A stretch of 64,000 bases of DNA from positions 124,001 through 188,000 of the forward strand of contig JAIVFI010000037.1 in the NCBI GenBank assembly GCA_025558095.1, read 5' to 3'. The notes below the pieces were generated by a model that was given only the letters and a program-made list of their open reading frames with translations, ran no database searches and was not told where the DNA came from. Of the stretch, positions 1 to 11,334 are shown in pieces (the first letter of the stretch is position 1; each line of letters opens with the position of its first letter). Made by a program: the position numbers and the translations under genes. The stretch is from Hyaloraphidium curvatum SAG 235-1 (lineage: Eukaryota; Fungi; Monoblepharomycota).

Positions 1-2234
1 CCACGTACGTCGCATTGAGCCGCGACGCCGCCGCTGCGAGCCCCTCGGCGTGCGACAGGGCCCCGCGCAGCTCCGCCTGCGCCGCCGCGATCTCGGCATC
101 CATCGCCGCCAATCCCCCCTCCAGCGCCGCCGCGGCCGCCTCGTGCGACAAACCCTTGGCCACCGCCGCGCGGATCAGATCCTCGACCGTCTCGAGGGCA
201 ACGAGCTGGAGCTCCGCCTGGGCGGTGATGGTCTCGACCGAGAGGTAGGGCACGCGGCGGACGTTCCGCGCGCGGGAGACGGCGAGGTCCCGGGAGAGTG
301 CGAGCAGCGCGCCGCGGGCGGCGGTGGAGCCGGCGTCCGGGGTGGCGGTCGAGCGTGCGCCGAGGGCGGGCGACGATGCGGTGCCTTCGTCGCCGGGGAA
401 GGAGGAGAAGATGTCCAGGATGAAGGCGGTGGCCTCGGTCCTCGCGAACCCGGCCATCTCGGATGCGCATCCGGCTGCCATGCGCATGACGAGCGGGTCC
501 GAGTCGAACGGAGATGCGACGGCCGAGTCCAGCGCGATGGTTCCTTGCGGGAGGCGCACGGGGGTGCGGCTGCGCACGTGGCAGATCCCGTCGTACAACC
601 CCGATGCGTCGGCGTCCAGGGGGGCCGCTGGGGAAGACGTGGCGTGCTTGGCCGAGAAGGATAGGAGGCCGAGGTAGGACAGGTCGGGCTTGGGCGCCCT
701 GCGTGCATCCTGCAGGGCCAGGTAGTCGGCGGCGGGGTGCTGGGCGAGCTCCACGGTGTAGTCCGAGGTCGAGAATAGGCCGATGCGGCGGGCGCGGTCG
801 GCGACGGTGCCTGCGGGGCTGCCGTCGAGGGCGTGGAACGCGCCGATCTGCGACGTCGTTCGGCCGTAGGTGGTCGTCCTCGACGACGCGTTGAGGCCGT
901 TCCAGGTGCCGCTAAAAGCCGGCCACGTGAACCGGTCGACGCCCAAGGCAAGCCAAGGCCCGCCCCCTTGCGAGGGCACGGAGAAGGCGGCGCCGCCGTA
1001 GTCCTGCATGGTCAGCTCGACGGTGGCGTTGATGCAGGTCCGCGTGGGGTCGTCCCATTGGTTGCAGCTCCCGGATCGGAAGCAAAGGGGCGCGTAGGTG
1101 GTTTCGTTGACAGTCGAGCAGTTGGGCACCGAGAGGGCGGCGAGGGTGTCGAACAGTCCAGTGTTTGCGCACATATCGATGGCGTTGTCCCCCGTCTGGG
1201 GGCGCAGCGCGGCTGAGAGGCAGAGCCTGGTTAGTTCTCTGCGTACGCATGCTGAGCGAAAGCAACTTGCCGTTCACGGTGATGTCCTTCTTGGCAGCCA
1301 CGGGGTGGTAAGCCGGGAGCCCGTTGTGCGAGACTCCGAGGGATCCGAACACCTTTGCGGCACGGATGTGCACATCTGGCCCGTAGGCACCCTCCGCGTT
1401 GGGGCCGTGGGACCACACTTCGAGCGTCCCGTTGTCAGACACCACGTTGATTGCCTCGATGCGGACCTTGGTGTATCCCGCGGTGTCCTTGCCGATGGAG
1501 ACGGTCGTGTCCCGGGGAAAGACTACGTTGACCGCGGTCAGGTTCAGCTCGGTGATCTGCGAGAGCTCGACGCCCTTGGCGGCCCCGCGCACGAAATCGG
1601 CGAGGTGCGACATGTCGAGGTCGACAAAGGCCAGGGCGAGGCGGACGTCCGTGATGTCGGGGACGATCGCTGCGGTCTCGGTTGCGGCCAGGACGCCGGC
1701 GGCCAGCTTGGGGCACTTGCTTGCCGCGAGCAACGAAGGCCGGCGGATCGAGAGCGGGTCGGGGTCCGACTGCATTGCTGCCGACTGCGTGCCGAGCCAA
1801 CCGTCGATGCGGCAGTCGTACTCCACGCGCCAGAACTTGGAGGTATCAGGGCACGAGTCCCCGAAGAGGGCGACTGCGTCGACGGCCGGCACACAGCTCT
1901 GCTGCCCGTCGCAGAGCCTAGCGACGTGGGCCGCCAAGGCCGCGCGGATTGCGGGGCTGTACCCGCATTCATCGTCGGCACCGTTTCCGAGCACGGGACA
2001 TGTCTCAGGAAGGCCGTCGATGGCGGGCAGGTCGCGGCCGAAGAAGGCGGCGGAGACGGCGACGGTCGCGGCCGCGGGGCACTCCAGGCGGGGAGCGGCA
2101 TTGCCGCATGCGAGGGCCGAGAGGCCGAAGGTGCCCTGCGAGCGCAGCGGGGCCTGCTGGCGGGCGATGGGGGCCGCGAACGCGGCGGCGGCAAATGCGA
2201 GCGCGAAGGCGGCGGAGAGGAGCGCGCGCGGCAT
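1..2234 (-). CDS. Large secreted protein: signal peptide, SUEL/Gal_lectin (rhamnose-binding lectin-like) domain, unknown middle region and helical/coiled-coil region; 3' end lies beyond the window
   Basis: Signal peptide MPRALLSAAFALAFAAAAFA. Lectin pattern LEC..V.VSAAFFGR..TC..C..LCDGQQSC..LFGDSCPDTSKFWRVEYDC. A GC-AG intron at 1270..1213 (GCAAGT...CTAAC...CAG) joins it to a stop-free frame running to position 1. Confidence 0.7.
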
Positions 2235-2811
2235 CGCGGCGGGGCGCGGGGGTCGCTTGCTTGCTCGACTTGGAGGAGCCCTCGCGGTGCCCGTGCGGTG
2301 GTGGCGGTCTCCATTCCGGGACCGGTGCTTTAGTACGAGGGCCGCCCGGCGCAGTTTCTAGTTTTCTCGCCGGGAAACGAGGCGTGGCCGTGGCCGCGGC
2401 AGCCTCGTGCGCGGCGGGGTGGAATTGGGTCCCGCCACAGCCGCTCCCGGACTTCCGGCGACGCGGCTTTGCCTCTCGACTTTCTCGCGAGCCACACAAA
2501 GCCCTTCCCGCGGCACTGCAGGCGACCGCGAACTACCACGTGCTCGGTGCCCTGGAGCTGCCGGAGACGGTGCCCTGGAGGTCCCGGAGAGCGACTGCCC
2601 TTTCCCCCGTCCGCCATCGCGATGGTACCTTTCTTCAGCTACAAGCGACGCCGCGTGTGCTCCCAGTCTACATCAGAGAAGACCCATTCTAGTCCGTCAC
2701 CGATGCGAGCTCCGCTCCCACGCCGCTGCGGCGCCGCACGGCTTTGAGTGTCCCCTTTTCTGTCGGAGTTGCTGTGCCCCGCCATAGGCTCGCGCACCCG
2801 CCGCGATTGCC

Positions 2812-3195
2812 TCACTTCCCCCTGTAGGCCGTCACCTCGATCTCAATCTTCCACTCGGGCCTCAGAAGCGCGGCGCAGATGGTCGTGTTGGCCGGCCTCA
2901 CGTCGCCGAACGCCTTCTTGAGCGCCGCAGCGATCTTGGGGTGGTCCTCGGGGTCCGGGAGGTAGATGACGTGCCGCACGACGTCCTTAAGCGAGAAACC
3001 GGCCTGCTCCAGGGCAAAGGAGATGGTCTCGAGCGCGTTCTCGGTCTGCGCTTCGACGCCCTCGGGCATGTCCCCCGTCAGGCGGTTGCGGCCGACCGTG
3101 CCGGCGACGAAACAGAAGTCGCCCTGGACGACGGCGCGGGAGTAGGCAAAAGCTTCCTCGTAGGGCGAGCCGGAGGCGATGAGGCGGCGGGCCAT
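2812..3195 (-). CDS. RidA/YjgF/UK114 family protein, intronless, bacterial-like
   Basis: SGSPYEEAFAYSRAV, FVAGTVG, RPANT, KIEIEVTA motifs; 127 aa. Confidence 0.9.
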   Translation of the reverse strand: MARRLIASGSPYEEAFAYSRAVVQGDFCFVAGTVGRNRLTGDMPEGVEAQTENALETISFALEQAGFSLKDVVRHVIYLPDPEDHPKIAAALKKAFGDVRPANTTICAALLRPEWKIEIEVTAYRGK

Positions 3196-3459
3196 CGCGG
3201 GGAGAAGGATGGAAGTCGTCCGCTCTGGACGGTGGGGCCGATTTTGGGGCCGATGCGCTCGCTGCGGGATCGGGGAATGGATTGGGTCGAGCGAGAGCGG
3301 CGGGAGCAGCGGGCACGGATGGAGATGGAGCTGTGGAGCGGCAGCTTCCCCACCGACGCGTCTGTCGCGCGCGCGCCGGCGGCGGCTGCGGGGCCCGCCG
3401 TCCATTCACCATCAAACGTCGGAACCGCCACCGAGTCCCGACTTTGCTGCCCTCCAGCC

Positions 3460-5011
3460 ATGTCGAACCCGCTCCTCGAAGCCCTGCAGCAGAGATTCGC
3501 GGACCTCTTTACCGACCCCGCTGCGCCGGACCCCGGTTCCGCCCCCCCGTTGCCGGACCCGCCCCGCGTCGCTAGCCTCCGCACAAAACACACCGCCCTC
3601 CGTCCCGACGCGTCGCGGTGGCCGCGCATCCCGGCGGATTTTGCCGCCGCCTTGGAGCGGTGGTCCGATCCCTCGAAGAAGCGCGAATCGGGGACCATGC
3701 TGCGGCTCGAGAACTGGGTCACGCAGAACGGGTACCGGACGGTCGAGCGCGCGGGGTGGTCGCAGTTGGGCTTTGCGGTGCTGACGGGGAACTTGCCCGC
3801 GGTCCGGGACATCCTCTCTGCCGTGGAAAGGGCGGAGGGCGAGGAGGCGCTGCGGGAGTTCCTCGGGAGGCAACGGAGCACTCGTACCGGCAGGGGTACC
3901 TGACGATGGCCGTGCGCAGAGGATGCAGTGGTCGCCGCAGTACAAGGTCAAGGGCGAAGACTACGCCGGTGTCGTGCGATTCTGGGTGCCAAGGTCGACC
4001 AACGCGACATGTGGGCCAACCCCGCGCTCCCTGTCTCTGTGCGGCGCCTGACACCCCTCGCCCTCCCTCCCAGCATGTGGTACACCGCCTTCCACCACAG
4101 CCTGATGAACCAGCCCCTCTACGCCACCGCGGACCTCCTCCTCTCCCTCGGCGCGGACGTCAACGCGCCCACCGTCTCGGGCTGCAACATCTCCATGGCC
4201 GCCGTCAACGCGCGCGACCAGGCCACGCTCAAGTACCTCCTGGAGCGGGGCGTCGACATCGACCAGGAGGTCGACAGCATGCTGGGAAGGAAGATGACCC
4301 CGCGGCTGTACGCAAACAAGATGGGCCTGTCGACGACGGTCGCAAAGGCGGACAGGAAGGCGGCGAAAGAGGCGGTGAGGAAAGAGGGGGGGATGGTGTG
4401 CGCCAAGTGCGGCAAGGGCGAGAGCGGGGCGCAGCTGTCGAGGTGCAGCCGGTGCCATGCGGTGTTCTACTGCGGGCGGGCGTACCAGAGTACGTTCCCG
4501 CGTCGTTCCTCCTGCTGCCGGGGCTGATTACGCTCCAGCCGCAGACTGGCCCGCGCACAAGAAAGCCTGCCAGGCGCGCTCCGCCGAGCTCGCGCGCACG
4601 GTCACCGTGACCGTCGGCGGCGGCCCCCCGAGTGGCGCCGTCAGTACAATGCTTAACAAGCCGGCCGGGGCGCCGCGGGCGGTCGGGTTCAAGGGCGAGG
4701 TGCCGACGCCCCCGGCGTACGGGGAGCGGTTCGTGGTCAAGGCACAGATCATGCTGGATCCGACGATCGGGTCGATGAAAGTCGCCGAGCCGGATCCGAA
4801 CGAGGCGATCATGGTCTACGACGATAAGCGGAGTTACGCCACGCAGATCTTCGGGCGCGGGCAGGAGGCAGAGTGGAGAGAGATCTGGGACAAGGTCCAC
4901 AGGGACGGGATCAACTCGGCAAAGGCGTACTTTTACGCCACGGTGGACAGGGCGGCGCCGGAGAAGCTGACGCTAGTGATCGGCGAGCTGGCCAGGCCGC
5001 AGAAGTGGTGA
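3460..5011 (+). CDS. MYND zinc-finger protein with ankyrin-like segment (multi-exon; two 5' junctions unresolved)
   Basis: LLLSLGADVN and YLLERGVDID (ankyrin-like); CAKC...SRCSRCHAVFYCGRAYQ|TADWPAHKKAC, where one MYND Cys reads Tyr; C-terminal FVVKAQ..MVYDDKRS..KAYFYA..QKW. Confidence 0.75.
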
Positions 5012-5308
5012 TCTGCGGGTTTGCCGGTGCCGCTTCCGCGCTCTGGGTCTGTCGCGGTGAGCTGCGGTCCGATCTGCGGGTCAAGTGCTGCTCGTAGTTT
5101 CTTGATTCTTGATGCTTGGTATTCTGTTGAACCTATTGTACTGCTTTTGAAGATGCGGGAGCGGAAGAAACTGGTTTGCAGCTCCACAGAGGTGGCGAGC
5201 GAGGGCGGCGGCACGGACGTCTTTGTCAGCCCAAGGGGCAACCTTTGCCCGCCCCCGAGAGCTCTGCACGGAGAGCGAAGCCCGGCGACTCGGCTGTGCG
5301 AAGCGATA

Positions 5309-7230
5309 ATGTCTGCACCGAGTTCTTCGCCCGAGGCCGCGGCCGCCGCGTCCGGCGCCGTGCCTGCGGCGTCTCCCACGGAGGGGACCGTGCGTCGCTA
5401 CGACGCGGACGCCGAATCCGGATCCGGGGGCTCCGTGGGCTCGACCGCGGTGCAGAGGGACGAAGCTACGGACAAGGACGACGTGCAGCTCGTCGAGACG
5501 GGCAAGGCGGCGAGCCCGGCGGAGGGCGGGGATGACCAGGTGGCGGGAAGCGGGGAGGCCCAGGCGGCGACGACCAAGGCCGAGCCGCCGAACCCGCCGC
5601 ATTGGAGGACCAACATCGGGCTCCTGATCCTCGCGTGGACTCTGGGCTGTGAGTCCGCGTGTTCGTACCCCAGGGGCGCGAACTCATCGGCGTTTCGCCT
5701 TCCCCTTCTCTCCCCTCTCTTTTCTATCCCCAAGATACGGTCCAGTTCATGCACATTGCTGGCACGGTGGCAATCGCCAAGGAGATGGCGGGGGCGAACC
5801 TTGCGACCCTGCCGTCGGCCCTCATCTTCGTCGGCGCGCTGCTTTCGACCATGCCACTGGCCCTACTCGGCGAAAAGAAGGGCCTCAAGTTCTCCTACGT
5901 TGTCGGGACCGCTTGCGGGCTCATTGGGGGCACTCTTTGCCTCCTCGCGATTGTAAGTTGCTTCGGTCTGACCGCAATAACCGCTTGGCTCTAATCTTGT
6001 TTCCAGCTCTATTGGTCGTACCCTCTTCTCTGCTTCGGCTTGCTTTTCCAAGGAACCCAGCAGGCCACGACTCAGCTCCTGCGCTTCGGCGTGCGCACCG
6101 TCTCGCCGCCAAAGTACATGAGCAAGGCGCTCTCCTACATCGTGGCCGGAGCCGCGATCGCGGCGCCCATCGGCCCCATCGCTACGCAGTACTCCGTGTG
6201 GCTCGTTCCTTCAGTCAAATACCTCGGCATCTACATCATCATCGACGCCCTGATCGTCGCTATGTCACTCGTGTGCATGTGCCTGAGGTTCCCGCCTCCC
6301 GCCGAGAAGCCGAAGCCCCAGGGCGCCGGGGGCGCGGCTCCGGAGCCGGAAATCAGCAGGTGGAAGATCATGGGCTACTTCCTGTCAAACAAGCGGTTCC
6401 TCATCGCCATGATTGCTGGGATGACGTCGTATGCAGTTATGGTGCTTGTGCTTCTCCCGGATGCGGTCCCTCGCAACTAGCCTGATTTCCCCGCTATTCA
6501 GGTGCTGATGATGGCCCCGGCGCCCCTCGCAATCGTCGGCGCGGGCTTCACCTTTGCCGACCAGGCCAACGTCATCATGGCGCACGTGCTGGGCATGTTC
6601 GTCCCCAGGTGAGTAGGGAGCGTCCGTGGCGCCTCGTCCAGCTCACAAGCGCCATTTCCAGTCTCTTTACGGGCTGGCTCATCGACCGCTTCGGGTCCAT
6701 AACCATGAATATCATTGGCATGGTTATCCTCACCGCCGCCATTGCTATCCTCTTCGGCGGCGAGATACTCCCGATTTTCTACGTCGGGGAGACGCTGGTG
6801 GGAGTGGGCTGGAACTTTAGCTTCATCGCCTCGACGAGCATCATTGTCAAGGGCGCAAAGCCGGGTGAGTCTTCCTTCACCGAGCGCTAGTAAAGGTCAA
6901 TGCTGACAGAAAGCACTACCATCAGGTCGGGAGCTCCAAACCGTGCAGGGCTACAACGACAGCTTCATCCAGCTTCTGGCTGGAGTGGTCGTCTTGATCT
7001 CGGGCCCGCTGTACCAGGCCATCCACTGGCTGCCGCTGGCGGGGCTGGCCTTGTGCTTGATTGGCCTAGCGGCCATCGCGATCCTCGCCGTGGCGCGGTT
7101 GCCCATCCGTGGCCTCCGTGACGGGGGCATGAGCGCCATGGACTACAAGCCGCAGACCGACGACGTGCAGCTCTACGACCGGGAGGAGCAGAAGGAAAAC
7201 GAGCAGAGGGAAAACGAGGCCCAAAAGTAG
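5309..7230 (+). CDS. MFS transporter resembling the bacterial RfnT-like group (multi-exon)
   Basis: Many TM helices across exons; LATLP, MAHVLGMFVP|SLFTGWLIDRFG, GVGWNFSF, QGYND motifs. Confidence 0.85.
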
Positions 7231-7289
7231 GCAGCAGTGTGTGTGTGCGCGGCCTCGATGTATATAGCCAAAAGAGTGGTCTTTTGACG

Positions 7290-8729
7290 CTACTTTGCGA
7301 ACTCCACGACGCCGTACTTGGCGCTCCACCGCCAATCCTCGTCCCCCTTGGCGAGGACGGCGGCCTCCACACCTTCGTCCAGCCCGACGATGCAGTCGGC
7401 CTTGTTGGTCCTCAGCGCCAGCACAGGCACGCCGGCCCAGACGGGTCCTATTGCTTCCGCAAAAGGGGTCGTCACCGGCCAGTGCGCGTCGTAAACGAGC
7501 TTGCGATCTATAGTGCAGTGAGCCAGCGCCCAAATCATGCCGACAGGCGACTCACAATTCAAGTCGCCTTTGAAAATGATCAAGTGCGAAGCGTTGAGCT
7601 GCTCGAAGAGGTCCGGTGCCCGCTCGGCGATATGCCAAAAGGCAAATCCAGAGCACCAGAACCTGTGCTCCCTTAGCACCCATTCGCCTCGCTGCAGATA
7701 CCCTTTCCAACGCGCCACCAGCGCCTCGACTTTGGTCTGCGTCGCGGAAGCAAAGCCAAAAAAGGCAGGATCAAGAAGCTGGGCAAGCAGGAGGTCAAAG
7801 TCCGAGATCATGGTATCGCTGACGAACCACGGGATGGTTTTGACGTGGAAGACGGTCTTTGCGGCACGACCGGTGAGGTGGAGGTGGTCCGCAAACACGA
7901 GGTCCGAGAACAGCTCGAAAGCAGCATTGTCGAGGACGAAATCGATCTGCGCGCCCGACTTCTGGCCGATGTGCGTCCACGCCGCCTCGATGTCGTTCCG
8001 CAGGATGTTCGCCTCCGCCGCGGCCAACCCGCTCGAAGCACGCGATTGGAGCTCCTCGACAGTCTCTGCCGTCAGGTTGGGAAGGAGGGAGAGGTCCATG
8101 CTGTTGCCCCAAAGGCAGACCTGCACCAGCTCATGGAAGAGGAGGCGCACGGCCTCGGGAGAGGAGAGTATGGCGGGCTTCGGAGGTTCCCAGAAGCGCG
8201 AGACCAAGTCCTCTACCGCCTTTGCCGAGTCCTTGAAGGAAGACGTCTTCGATTCGAGGAAAGGGTCGAAGCTCCGCCAAGTCGGCGCCAGCTGGATCGC
8301 CTCGCGGATCCGGCGGTAGACGTAGCACTCCACAAAGAGCCAAGTCGCGCTGAAAAACGTCGCGCCGGGGAAGTACTTGTCCAGGACTTCGTTCCACTCC
8401 TCGAAATCACCCTCCCCATCGTCACGGATGTGTTCCAGCTTCCGGTCGTGCTGAAGTTCGTAGCGGAGCCTCCCCACGTCCGCGACGATCTTCTTTGCGT
8501 CCGCGGTCGTCTTGCCGTCGTTGCGGGGGTCCGCTTCGAAGCCTTTAGTCATGTAGATCCGGCAAACGGCATCGATGACCTTGGTGATCGTGACGGGGAC
8601 GCGTTTCGCGAGAGTGGGAAACGCGAAAGACTGCTTGTCGGAGCCGCGCGAGGCAGGAACGGGGGGATCGTTCGGGTTGGGAGACGCCGGCGGCGTCGTT
8701 GCGTCGCCGGGCGCGTTCGGCGAGGGCAT
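7290..8729 (-). CDS. DUF89/ARMT1-like damage-control phosphatase
   Basis: WLFVECYVYRRI, LWGNSMDLS, DFVLDNA, PWFVSDT, FKGDLN|YRKL (short in-frame intron near 7510-7557), LRTNKAD. Confidence 0.93.
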   Translation of the reverse strand: MPSPNAPGDATTPPASPNPNDPPVPASRGSDKQSFAFPTLAKRVPVTITKVIDAVCRIYMTKGFEADPRNDGKTTADAKKIVADVGRLRYELQHDRKLEHIRDDGEGDFEEWNEVLDKYFPGATFFSATWLFVECYVYRRIREAIQLAPTWRSFDPFLESKTSSFKDSAKAVEDLVSRFWEPPKPAILSSPEAVRLLFHELVQVCLWGNSMDLSLLPNLTAETVEELQSRASSGLAAAEANILRNDIEAAWTHIGQKSGAQIDFVLDNAAFELFSDLVFADHLHLTGRAAKTVFHVKTIPWFVSDTMISDFDLLLAQLLDPAFFGFASATQTKVEALVARWKGYLQRGEWVLREHRFWCSGFAFWHIAERAPDLFEQLNASHLIIFKGDLNCESPVGMIWALAHCTIDRKLVYDAHWPVTTPFAEAIGPVWAGVPVLALRTNKADCIVGLDEGVEAAVLAKGDEDWRWSAKYGVVEFAK

Positions 8730-8941
8730 AGTCGTGATTGAAACGCGGAGCTGTCTCTGCGTGCGCAAAGGGTTGATCGGACAAGATTCGATTGACGGTG
8801 CCTCGGGCTCGGCTCAGGGAGACACTGTTGACTTGTTGACAAGGACCCACAAGGACCCCCAGTGGTCAACAAAATCACTAGCTCGTCTTGCTGCTGCTAC
8901 GGCCCGCCGTTGCGTCTACGGGGCTCAAGCCTGCGTCCGGA

Positions 8942-9942
8942 ATGGCGACTTGGAAAGCAGACATCCTCGCCGGGTTCGAGCAAACGACGCTCGCTCTCCC
9001 CGACGCCGATGACGGGCCCGTTGAAATCGTCATCGTGCGCAAGAATCCCGCATCCTCCAAGGCCGCCGTCCTCTATATACACGGCTTCGTCGACTATGTA
9101 TTCCAGTCCCACCTAGCGGACTTTTACAACTCCCAGGGCCTCGGGTTCTACGGTGTCGACCTCCGTCGCCACGGGCGTTCCCTGCGTCCGCATCAGCTCC
9201 CGAACTACACCCGGGATATCGACGAGTACCTCGCCGATGTCGACGCGGTGGTCTCGTTCCTGACATCGAACGAGGGCATCACGTGGCTCCTCCTGAACGG
9301 CCACAGTACGGGGGGCCTCGTTGGAGCCCTCTACGCCCACCGCGGCGCCAACAAAGACCGCATATCCGCCGTCTTCCTCAATTCTCCGTTCCTGGACATG
9401 AACCTCCCTGGCTGGCAGGAGCGGGCCCTGGAACCTATTCTGGCCCAGCTCGGCAAGGTCGCCCCGGAGCTGCCGCTCTCGGCCTTGTCCCCGGTCTACG
9501 GCCAGAGCTTGCACATTTCGGGAAAGGGCGAAAACGATTTCAACCTCGAGTGGAAGCCGATCGAGGGCTTCCCTGCGAGGGCGGGCTGGTTCGGGGCGAT
9601 CCACAAGGCGCAAGAGGAGATCGAGGAAGGGCTGGACATCAAGGTGCCGGTTTTGGTTCTCCACGCTGGGTCGAGCGCGAACCCCACCGAGTGGACCGAT
9701 GAGGCGTTCAAGAACGTGGGTTGGGGTTTCTGATTTCGGTCATGCTTCGATTAACACTCAAGCACCACTCGCAGGACATCGTCTTGGACGTTGCTGATAT
9801 CGCGCGGCTGGCGCCGAAGCTGGGCAAACATGTCGAGGTTAAGGCTATCGAAGATGGGATCCACGACCTCGTGCTCAGCAAAGAGGGACCGAGGGGGAAG
9901 ACTTTTGAAGTTCTGAAAGAGTGGTTGAGTCGGGTTATGTAA
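8942..9942 (+). CDS. Alpha/beta hydrolase, lysophospholipase/serine aminopeptidase S33-like, bacterial-like
   Basis: VLYIHGFVDY, DLRRHGRS, GHSTGG nucleophile, D-IVLDV and HDLVLS; one intron at about 9716..9774. Confidence 0.9.
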
Positions 9943-10034
9943 ATTCGACTAAGTTGGGCAGTATCTCCAGATCTCGTCTAACATCACGATGCGTTGTCCT
10001 CGTAGCGATGGATTGAATGCCTCTCCTCACGTGC

Positions 10035-11125
10035 TCAGGCCGTCCAGCTGACCGTGCCGATCGGAGGAGTCCCCCAAAGGTCCTCCCATTCTTCCGATTC
10101 GACCATCCGCTCCTCTCCGGTCCAATCCCGGTACCATCCGCAGCGGGGCCCCTGGGTCACGCCGGAGAAGGTGACCTTGATCGCGCCATCGACAACCGCC
10201 TGCCTGACCCTCCCAAAGTCCTCCTCCTCAAGTCCGGGTTGCGGCCGCGTGATGGACATCTTTTCGAGGTTCGGCGGCAATCCCCAGGCAAAGTACCTCG
10301 TGGTATCATCCTGAACGCAGCTTGTCGAGGGAGCCCAGCGCGTGCCAAACGTCCCGCTCCGCCCTGTGGAGCCACACGGCGTGCGGATTGAACGTGGAGA
10401 GCTCGAAGAGGTGCAACAGGAGGTCCTGGTTGTAGCTGAAGGTCCAGACTTCCGACATCTTGAAGACAACGCCCGGGAACGGGGACAGGTCCCAGTCGAG
10501 CTCTTGGAACGGCTGGAAGCACCAGCTCTGCAGATGGTCCGTCCTTTCAATGAGCGCAAAGAGGGTATCCAGTCCTAATTCTCTGCAATTCTCGAAGGAA
10601 TTGTCGACCTCAAGGGTGCGCAGCGTCGGGCGAAGGCGAGTGGCCGCGGTGAGCTCCTTCAGAACGACGGGGTGGCTGGCACTGATCTCCAAGTGATTGA
10701 TGCGGGAGACGCGCAGTAGTCCCCAGTTCAAAGGAGCGACGACGTTGTACTGGAAACTCTCGAGGTTGGGGCACCGACGGAAGATCCGTTAAACGAGACG
10801 GCCGGCTTCGGCGCTCCTCTCCGTAAAGAGGCCGACCTTGAAGTCCTCCTTGAACACATCGCCGAGGTCGCCTGCCGCCACGAGGAGCCGAACGCTTTCG
10901 AAAGCCGAGGCCGGCGTCGAAACTTGGACAATGTTACGCCCAGGGCGCGACGCAGGTGGAGTTCGCGGTACAGCACGGGGAACATAACGCTCGAGAGGTA
11001 GCGGCACGCGAGGGCAAGCTCGAGGAGATTGCTTGGAGCCGCTTCCGGGGGAAGACCTTCTCCGAGGAGCTTGGGCACGAGCAGCCGCGACATAGTTCAG
11101 AACCTCGGGCGGCAGCCGAGCAGGG
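10035..11125 (-). pseudogene. Disrupted F-box/LRR-like gene
   Basis: RLPPEVLNYVA (F-box start), frameshift, LLELALACRYLSSVMFPVLYRELHL, frameshift, in-frame TAA at 10789-10791, RRCPNLESF..LRTLEV, then a further frameshift near 10315. Confidence 0.65.
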
Positions 11126-11334
11126 CGGGAGCGGCAGGCACGGCGACAGGCAGGTGCGCGATGGTGCCGACTCGGGCTGCTCTCCCTGCTTTCGAGCGGC
11201 GCGGCATTGCTTGGAGTTGCGGCCTGACGCGCGATGGCCGCGCGCGCGCGCGCACCCCGCGTCCCTCAAACTCCGTGACGAATGGGGCGGTGAAGCGCGC
11301 TCTCCACGACTGTTTTCCTCCCGCAACAAGCGCT

